Translations under genes and position numbers: made by a program
Notes under the pieces: model-generated
Databases searched by the model: none
The model's input: only the letters and a program-made list of their open reading frames with translations
What the model was told of the DNA's origin: nothing
Part shown: in pieces, positions 19,201 to 25,420 of the stretch
How the letters are laid out: the number at the start of each line of letters is the position of its first letter
How positions within the stretch are numbered: position 1 is the stretch's first letter
Source: an uncultured bacterium
GTDB lineage: Bacteria > Oederibacteriota > JAAXVQ01 > JAUVAV01
Length of the DNA stretch: 64,000 bases
Direction: 5' to 3'
Assembly: GCA_963710755.1 (NCBI GenBank)
Contig: CAVQBK010000013.1
Coordinates: 416,001-480,000, forward strand

Positions 19201-22200
19201 GATATTATTTGAAGCTGACAAAGTTGTCACTAAGGACGCCTTATAGTACAAATTACCGGTTCTATCCGTTTCCACCATGTTTACTATTGGTTCCATAAAA
19301 GTCCCACGGCGATCCAAACGGTTAAAAACAGCTACTAAAGGCAGTACATTTTTCTGATAGCGGCCCTGAATAAAAGCTTGGATCTTAGGCGTCATCATTT
19401 TTAAAAACGAAGTTAAAAAATCATTTTGATTTTCAGCACCATTGTTCACCTTGGTTAGATAGCGTTCTATATAAGCTAAATCATCCAGATCTCTCACTGA
19501 TAAATCAGCATCTCGCTCCAGCAACCTTGCGCTCACCTCTGACACAACGAGCATCCCCAGCTTTTGGGTTTCCAGCTCAGCTAAAAGGCTCCAGATCATT
19601 TCTTGAACTGAATAATTTTCAGCAACAGGGCCGGTTAAAAAGTCAGCCAATTCTTGCCTGACGATTTCCAGGTTAAACCCTTCAAGCTGTTTTATCAAGC
19701 GCCGGGCTTGCGCCTTGGCTTCTTCGCGCTTGAGCGGTAATTTTTCCAAAGAATCAAGATCTAGTTTTTTTACAGCACTAAAAAGCTGGCTGATGATTTG
19801 ACGCTGGACCGATTCGTCCAGACGCTGCAGGTTCTTTTCTTTTTGTAATTCCATGATCTCCAAGGGCACCGTAGTTTCCGGTGCCACCAAGGCTGAAAAC
19901 CAGCTCAAGCCGCTTGAAGTATATTTTTGATCAGGAAATAGATAAATCCTCAGCGTGCCTGTGGTAGGTTCCAAGTGAGCCAAACTTCCAATTTCTTTAG
20001 CCACCTCTTGTTTAGACTGGTCGAGGTGGGCTTTGGCTTTCAGATTCACAAACTCAATCTTTTTTAATTGGTAGGATTGACCTTCAATGGTGACCTCCAA
20101 GCCTTCCGGCTGGGACACCATGGTAGTGAAATGGTCTTTTAAGCGGGTGATATCTTGCGGCGAAGTGGGTGAACTGCGATTTGTTTTAGCTTCTTGTTCT
20201 GCTGCTATCAGACCTACGCTAAGATAGGCTTCTGCAGCCATGGTCGACTCCGGCTTATACCCCAGATAATCGGCAAACTGCTTCACTTCTTCTTGAGACC
20301 AATCTTTGAAAAAGCTTCCCACCAACTGCTCGCTAGTTTTAGTCTGAGATAATAATCGTGACCATATGGTTTTTGATCTAAGATAACCCTTTACCTGGTT
20401 GATGAGCGCCAGCTTCGATCTCGACCAACTTTCATCTGACCTCATACCCATAGTCATGCCCACCATGCCAACCATGGCCAACGTCACTTCTTGGAAACCC
20501 GGGGCATGATTGAGCACCCCTGCTGCCCCATGATGGGCCAGTTCCATCAGGCCGGCAGTCGCCGGTCCGGGTAAAAATATTCCAAAAGCCATGCCAAATA
20601 GGGTCGTGGCTAAAATGACGGCCATGACGCCCAGCCAAAGGCGGCCATTAGGCGAAGCCTGTTGATAAAGGGCCGATTGATCAAGTTTTGATGTCATTTG
20701 CGTATAAAGCCACTGACTTCCCGGCCAGGCAAGCATGAATGCCAGTAAGAACGATTTTAAAGTTGCCCCGGTAAAGTCATTTATTTTAACTACATTCAAA
20801 GCTGTTGTTTTTTTAATATTTTTAGTTTTAACTTCCTCACTGACAGCTTTCTGGATAGGTGCAATGGGAAGCAGCCCAATTAAACCTTTGCGGGTGGTGA
20901 AAGCCCGATAATTGTCCTGATCTTTTGGAGTAAATTTCCCAGGCAAATAGTGAACTATCTTGTTTGTCTTTCTTTCCGGCAGAACAGCAGCCTTATCCAC
21001 GCCGGCAAACATGGCACCTATTTGGGCCTCATAGGTATTCATCTCCATCCAGGTAATACGAGGTTCCATGGCCAACCCCTCAGCCTGAATGGATACATTT
21101 AATTCCCTTTCCAATTGCCCTCTAAAAGTTTCAATGACCGTTGCGGTCTCAGCGTGGGGATCATTCAATTCTTTTAATATTGATAAAAGGTCATTTTTTC
21201 CCCGGTTATCAAGCTTGGTCAATAAATGGGGCAATGCAATAAGGTCGTCAGCAGCGCCGTGGCCATAAATGGTATTAATCGTCTTAAAGCCTTTGAGTTG
21301 ATCTCCCAAATGTTCAATTCGATAATCAGGTTCCACGATAAACAAATAGGTTTTCGTACGAGAAATAGCCACAATTTCCATCTTATCAGGACCACGGGAT
21401 GGCGGTGCCCGTCCTACTAAAATAAGGACTTCGGGAAGACCGGCTGGCCCTGGCTTTCGGTACTTTTCTAGATACTCCTGAACTTCAGCATAGAGGCCGG
21501 CATGGGAAAATTGCCAGGGGGCATGGGGATCAAACTTGGGAACCGATGGGCGGTCAAGGGTATCGGACATTTCCGTTTTTTGGGAGACTATGGCCCAAAA
21601 GGTTTTCAGACCCAAGACAAGACGGCTAAAAAATTTCTTGCCCGCCAAATTTACGTTTTCTAAACTTTCCATGACAGGTGACATGGGCACCTGCTCGTCC
21701 TTATGGAGGGCGAATGTTTCTTGTTCTGCGATTAACTGTTCCATTATTTCCGGTTTTAATAAATTCCCATGATCCTCTTTTTCAACCTCCGGAATATCCA
21801 CCCCCAGGACCACTTGGTTCCTCCCCTGGTCCTTAGCCTTTTCCAAATACTCATCGGCCCATTTCAGCAGGTCCGTCGCCATATGCTCAGCATTCAAGTT
21901 CTTATGCTGGTCTTGGGGATTAAAAATCATGGCACCAATGGAAATAGTAGGTGTGGTGATATAATCCTTCCTTAAATGCTGAATATCCACCGCACTATTC
22001 ATGGCCGATGCAACCTCTGATTTGGCTTGATCATCCAAACCGGGTTCGCTTCCCTCCACGGACTTCTTATTCAGTGCAACCAGTTGCTTGTAATAACTAA
22101 CGCTTTTCAGGTTGACCCCTTGCCCTAGACCGGCATTAATTTGGTTCTTTAATTGCTCTAGAATTTTGGTATTCGAACCGACTTTAACCAACAATCTGGG

Positions 22201-24918
22201 TCCATAAATGGGGTCATCAGCCAGGCGGGCAAAATGGTTGTCTTTTTTGTTCTTTGCGAGTTTGGTGATCGTTTCCTTTAATTTTTTCATTTGGTCATTG
22301 CCCAACACCAGGACAGAACCATCAGGATTCCTCAAATCAAAGGCTTTAAACTTCTCATGCATATTGACCATGACTTGTCGGCGAATAAAATTTAAAATCT
22401 TCTTTCGACTATCCCCATCCAATTGCCCTGGAATTAACAACATACCCTCATCGCCGCCATAGCGAATGACGGTAACTTCTTCACGGATGCCGGATGTTTT
22501 AAGTACGTCCGTCACCGGAGACATATGCGCCGCGCGGTGAACAAGTTCCAGCAAGTCATCCAGCAGAAAATCAGTCAGGGCTTTTCCAAAAAAATCATTA
22601 ATCCCTGACAATTTGTCCAGATCCGTGAAGGCCAGCGCAAAGGGCTCGCGGTTGGCAATATAGGCTTCAATTTTTTTCCGGCCCTGGTGAAGGGACAAGA
22701 CTCCGGGGATTTTGACCCGTCTTCCTTTTTGCGCAGCCTCGAACAACCCCAAGGGCACCAATACCATCAACCAAAAGGGCCATTCCGGGAGCATGGCAAT
22801 TAACTGCTCATGCCACAATTCAGACCCCCAGAGTACCGAAGGAAACAAGAAAGCCATCACCATTATGGTTTTGGCCACACCGGCTAACCCGGACTTGCTC
22901 TCGTAGGTTTGCGCCAATTGCACCGCTGCTCGTTGCCACCGCTTCAAAATTGTTAACATCCATGACCTTAAGTCTTTCACTTGACCGTAAATGGCCTCTC
23001 GCCGTTGCAGCAGATCAAATTTTTCTACTTGAGTACGTACAATTTGATTCCATTGCTTCCATTGGCTTACCCAAGGGCTTTGGGCATCTCCCTCTAAAAG
23101 GCCATCCCACTTATTTTTATCCACCACTTTGAAAGTGCCTTCCTCCAAACGGACACCTGCTTGGCCGGGGGTCAACAGTTCAAATTGAACCTTGTTCTCC
23201 AAACTTTCCCCAACCACTGCCGCTGAGGGATGACCCGGTTTCTTTTGGTCACGACGTAGGACCAGCACAAAGTTTTCCCCATCAATTTGTGCAGCATAAA
23301 CTACGCCTCGTGCGCTGCTTAATAGCGGCTTAGAAGACAACTGCAACGAGCCCTTCAACCCCTTAACTTCAGCAAAGTGCTGCAAGGCCTCGTCTTGGTT
23401 GGCATTAGGGTGGTCAAACACCCGGTAAGCTCGGGATGTAATCCGGGTGATAAGGTCGAGGTACTTATTAAAAAGAGGGTCCGCAAAGCGTGTCCAGAGA
23501 TTAAAGAGGGTTTCTTTTTTGGAAAGCAGTTTTTCAATAGGTGATTGTTTGCCTTGCAGAAGTGAAAAGTAGGGATTGACTTGATCCAAAGCTGTAACCC
23601 GCGGCTTGAGGGTGACAAAGGAAATTCGATTGATTTTCAAAAGTGCTTCCACATAGGGCATGTGGAAACCACCGGTAATCATGACAGCCACAGCTTGGTG
23701 CTTCTGTTTCATTAGCGCATTTAAATTGTCCACAAACTTCTCGGACCGTCGATTGACCAATTGATAAAAAAATGCAGCTTGCTCTATCCGTTCTTCCAGA
23801 TCCAAGACATCGTCATAAAGCAAGGACGCCACCCCAACCCGCCGGGCCATATTCTCCAGGGCAGCCACAAAATGAGCTACCTTAAATTCAGCCCGATGCT
23901 TAAGAAAATAATTAAGCTGTACCGGGGAAGCGGTGATGTTGGTCATGGCTTCGATGATGTTGAGTTGTTCCTGGTAATGATCGAGCAAGCGTTGGTCTTC
24001 CGTCGTATAGATCGCTTCACGCAGGGCATGCTCCATCACCTGGGTCTGTTCCGCCACACCGTCCAGATCCTCGGGCTGTTTAGCCAATACCTTGCCCTCA
24101 GCAGCGTAGGCTAGTAACGATGTGGACGGACTATAATTGATTTTTAACTGTGATACCTGCTGCAGCAAAAAGCGAAGGTAGGCTTGCAGGGACTCTTTCC
24201 CCAGTTGATAAGCGGTCTTTTTTTCATCAAGCGTCAATAACGCCTGGTGATACACCTTTGGTTTAAGAGCATTAAGGACCGTGCGTAAATCTTCGCACCA
24301 GCCCTGGGTCTGGGCATTAAAAAACCGATGCAATACCGACGCGCTCTGATCATAAAGCGGCTTGGACTCAAGACCGTGCAACCGAAGACCTTGATCATTA
24401 ACTGCAGCCGCATATTCCGCACCGGTAATAAGACCGCGGCGCAGGAAATACTTACCCACCCGTTCACGCACCACCTCCACGGGAATGGCAGCCAGTGGGC
24501 TGACATCAATATCCTGACTGGCGCCTTCCACGGCCACTAACCTCAGATCATGCTTTTCAGAAAGGGTGTGAATCAGGTCAGCAATATTGCTTTGAACTTC
24601 GTAATTGCAGTGGAAATCTTCTATGCATACCACGGTTACGGGGCTGCCAGCTTGATAACTGCTGGTTACTCTGGCCAGATCTTGCGAAAAAGTAAGTTTT
24701 TTGCCTTGGATTTCAAAGGGTGTGTAGCCATAAACCCCCGGGACTTCCACTGGATAGGGTGCTGCTGTAAAGGCAAAACCAAGGTAAGGAAATAGAAAAG
24801 AAAGAGATACAAACAAGGCTATAATTTTCACCCCCAAAGGGGACCAAGATTGTATCCTTTGAAATAAACGAGCCTGCTGATGGTGGTTGTCACTGCCAAC
24901 CGAATAGTTCCTGATCAT
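13285..24918 (-). CDS. Giant (3877 aa) multi-module membrane protein: TraB/TIKI/ChaN-like N-terminal domain, GGDEF-like modules, HExxH module, CPBP-like TM module, RelA/SpoT-like module
   Basis: Uninterrupted 11.6-kb ORF with AGGTAGG RBS. Motifs: CIEDFH/VAVEGA/ITGGFH; TDLDKLSGINDFFG/RYGGDEG/KDQGRNQV; AHEHGH; APVWE/FAMLH/HSAVN; GRIK..SI/DVIGLRLV/VEITV. Confidence 0.85.
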   Translation of the reverse strand: MIRNYSVGSDNHHQQARLFQRIQSWSPLGVKIIALFVSLSFLFPYLGFAFTAAPYPVEVPGVYGYTPFEIQGKKLTFSQDLARVTSSYQAGSPVTVVCIEDFHCNYEVQSNIADLIHTLSEKHDLRLVAVEGASQDIDVSPLAAIPVEVVRERVGKYFLRRGLITGAEYAAAVNDQGLRLHGLESKPLYDQSASVLHRFFNAQTQGWCEDLRTVLNALKPKVYHQALLTLDEKKTAYQLGKESLQAYLRFLLQQVSQLKINYSPSTSLLAYAAEGKVLAKQPEDLDGVAEQTQVMEHALREAIYTTEDQRLLDHYQEQLNIIEAMTNITASPVQLNYFLKHRAEFKVAHFVAALENMARRVGVASLLYDDVLDLEERIEQAAFFYQLVNRRSEKFVDNLNALMKQKHQAVAVMITGGFHMPYVEALLKINRISFVTLKPRVTALDQVNPYFSLLQGKQSPIEKLLSKKETLFNLWTRFADPLFNKYLDLITRITSRAYRVFDHPNANQDEALQHFAEVKGLKGSLQLSSKPLLSSARGVVYAAQIDGENFVLVLRRDQKKPGHPSAAVVGESLENKVQFELLTPGQAGVRLEEGTFKVVDKNKWDGLLEGDAQSPWVSQWKQWNQIVRTQVEKFDLLQRREAIYGQVKDLRSWMLTILKRWQRAAVQLAQTYESKSGLAGVAKTIMVMAFLFPSVLWGSELWHEQLIAMLPEWPFWLMVLVPLGLFEAAQKGRRVKIPGVLSLHQGRKKIEAYIANREPFALAFTDLDKLSGINDFFGKALTDFLLDDLLELVHRAAHMSPVTDVLKTSGIREEVTVIRYGGDEGMLLIPGQLDGDSRKKILNFIRRQVMVNMHEKFKAFDLRNPDGSVLVLGNDQMKKLKETITKLAKNKKDNHFARLADDPIYGPRLLVKVGSNTKILEQLKNQINAGLGQGVNLKSVSYYKQLVALNKKSVEGSEPGLDDQAKSEVASAMNSAVDIQHLRKDYITTPTISIGAMIFNPQDQHKNLNAEHMATDLLKWADEYLEKAKDQGRNQVVLGVDIPEVEKEDHGNLLKPEIMEQLIAEQETFALHKDEQVPMSPVMESLENVNLAGKKFFSRLVLGLKTFWAIVSQKTEMSDTLDRPSVPKFDPHAPWQFSHAGLYAEVQEYLEKYRKPGPAGLPEVLILVGRAPPSRGPDKMEIVAISRTKTYLFIVEPDYRIEHLGDQLKGFKTINTIYGHGAADDLIALPHLLTKLDNRGKNDLLSILKELNDPHAETATVIETFRGQLERELNVSIQAEGLAMEPRITWMEMNTYEAQIGAMFAGVDKAAVLPERKTNKIVHYLPGKFTPKDQDNYRAFTTRKGLIGLLPIAPIQKAVSEEVKTKNIKKTTALNVVKINDFTGATLKSFLLAFMLAWPGSQWLYTQMTSKLDQSALYQQASPNGRLWLGVMAVILATTLFGMAFGIFLPGPATAGLMELAHHGAAGVLNHAPGFQEVTLAMVGMVGMTMGMRSDESWSRSKLALINQVKGYLRSKTIWSRLLSQTKTSEQLVGSFFKDWSQEEVKQFADYLGYKPESTMAAEAYLSVGLIAAEQEAKTNRSSPTSPQDITRLKDHFTTMVSQPEGLEVTIEGQSYQLKKIEFVNLKAKAHLDQSKQEVAKEIGSLAHLEPTTGTLRIYLFPDQKYTSSGLSWFSALVAPETTVPLEIMELQKEKNLQRLDESVQRQIISQLFSAVKKLDLDSLEKLPLKREEAKAQARRLIKQLEGFNLEIVRQELADFLTGPVAENYSVQEMIWSLLAELETQKLGMLVVSEVSARLLERDADLSVRDLDDLAYIERYLTKVNNGAENQNDFLTSFLKMMTPKIQAFIQGRYQKNVLPLVAVFNRLDRRGTFMEPIVNMVETDRTGNLYYKASLVTTLSASNNILSVSDVDKKMVTVAGNLYGQFADLKKVEKSAERRLAIAQYQERLLQAMVENAPAFYGMDNQRRKRWENFVYQQTDWRAHFLRLEELTLALNLAKQHDQFRQLRKTLKSSTYYRSSIKSVLEKYFSDQTSYNESINALENALHNESEAVTRRLALLGYCADFTGVQQPFSDSKLSTVLTFALQNPSLSYATNVINTAAKIISLPGIEDNFINAWVGRDIDDLTKQSKIKKTVKNLFYPSAEVNTVKAYLRGEHEGYDKNIALLILERQAALGREALLKDLIMDQQQPRDPSKKVDYFELRLMAMLEYLNLQPAWNQMDETERAKKSKEFNGLLQGLNGHHGKSMIERYIQHLINNNQQWVAQVYAGQEPLADLKAQIFATASWLDAINYSQHLDQPVISQQDVFSIARKIKQARAEPYSNTFNSAYQMGGQLLRKATNQAEILFYLLAHEHGHNILENRGVDRYWHFMTGLLHEWLADRFMRVFGERYKLSGENIESALSFEQAASVVGRLETLAKEVHEGARAQEVYFQQALTLLKERISGETTSIEIQNILGSKKKTAQKELAQRRTFMELIHSRLLKASLDILQQPSTWNGSLGETFMKIFATYLEIPFEKLPSMSFNERKEIKSNRILNAHEVSRMVGNLINNLLTQQPQPAVIFFTAFLNSFDQKPSSRLGRLKAWLGEPFLRAPVWETVIFTPIVLGLFFGVAVPTLAGLISINAVVFAMLHPGRSFGGKLGLSAVGTLLGAVMILPALLLGLTPFSAIVGFALSVMLHSAVNVLRLRPLLTAQGHHLKNPFERIWQLLLNLPGVVSHLVAPFKPIGPAIVGILIISVLASLMVLPGPAAAATATETLKQMAAQTPDMTAWLNNILFGTISFAALGTMKNVAGTATPPLQARANAEAKLRKLLKRSEKVIYTIIEIDSFPLIKDLYGEEIAQDYYKIVLKKINELTTQTKSQQKTVTVYAENSEHGYIGFAVNSNSVKKVQELLQDIQFQLHADIHHRYRLMTFAIPQKLSAQERKEWEKLLGGITIFEENAVIGIGESVNGKPLAQVMVDIKNYVQMKKIESYLKSNRFLEQNQTLADVQGQIGDIPGFNNNYIPVPRISFGIAGGFETKQLPDLKAAALEALREARRQSSHLVIKAKRASLNLLGMQKAAEKDVTTQWDKEMAMGIPRASILMNRYEALFQDWFLSTIEQVYNMNPAQRRQRIPKLVFLLQDNMETLKNMEPEQLATAFWYAKTIALQERHASGTKLEQETTAILEILNQLYGTQNSQAIQQQFFEDHPEIDAHVVLSAITTAVDYPSRKRNLVDNQNRLSTMLHDHDLNSVTIEGRIKEAFSILMNMANRTKWTRYKPWAENPPPLGDPKIYTEKAINAITDDVIGLRLVTGNWEEFQKTIQALEETFCSGDQCQVEKKFFHIDGQRDTHGKLISMKIQTDPLNPEQFADYYKYTLKIAPSIIDDRPYTVEITVLPDMIGEYSTRPAYTIMKQNVLDTIPWSVKIAFNEVDSDDEQSMRDFIKNQASLHSAHAINIKDVFKLIALAIKVKIEKTSDLDKGDVKSRDIRQITPHDLYGELNNLSQQVPTEIIDKIADLQAGKSLVKEYFKLFKDKRVIIMGTPQELTELTPLWDVETTVLFRHEQERSLPRTFEAVTFPQAFWKNKQEATFRRIKEILIDQMIQNGIVPSMNNNQLNGKTKKQDGFIASPQLLLGLSSLLLAVAGIITLAFGTAVTAPVLGAVLIGTGIVAVGLMIWDQAFKPGRKAPIDKVSLDPSLDKAADKKGVIKAILDYQHLNITLAADRSNLSWVTRLRLNWQTSRLGGSFIHWRRQLLLIYGAGTWQSKLHLFFGSQPLTPLVRTLAQSFWLQKNDLKQWEEWGQLDSFVSDWLDVLEAAKDVRSRQQGVQLLMLMLGDLKALRQNRYIKGVGFISMPRWLWANPSLSRRLHHLLANDEEKMHKRQQRLLRSLNTAA

Positions 24919-24950
24919 GGCCTACCTAGTTTATAGTTAATGCTGGTATG

Positions 24951-24978
24951 ACTATACCAGAGGATTTCCCATTTGCAA
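24951..24978 (-). promoter_or_regulatory. Putative promoter of the giant gene
   Basis: TTGCAA-16-TATAGT with extended -10 TG, at the edge of a very AT-rich block of about 450 bp. Confidence 0.5.
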
Positions 24979-25420
24979 GAACGCTTGTTTAATTTTTGTT
25001 TTATTTTAAATAGTTATGTTACGATCGTGCCATTTTGAAACGTTTTTAATTTGATTTTTTTATTTTATTCGATTAAAAATTATTTTGAATATAGTTTAAT
25101 TTTTTAAGGAGTTAATAATATTTTATTCTTATTATTTAAGCCTAATAATATTTATTCCCAAATTTATATTAAACGATCAGCAGACCAATAATTTATTTTT
25201 CAAAGTATAGCCCAGTTTTTAACAAAAGTAAAATTAAATGTTCATTAGTTCCATTTTTTTAGGCATTTGTGGATAACTAAAAATTGACTGATTGAGGATA
25301 CGTTGATTTATAGGGATGTTTTGGTTTTAAAAAAAGGATATAAGAATAATGAACTTTAAAGGTCAGACGCCAAAGAAATCTGAAGCATGGTTAACTAATC
25401 TGCAACCGGTTCCTTTGGGA

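Noticed and set aside
24920-25400. Replication origin
   Set aside because: Only one clear DnaA box, no dnaA/dnaN/gidA context, and no switch in gene orientation.
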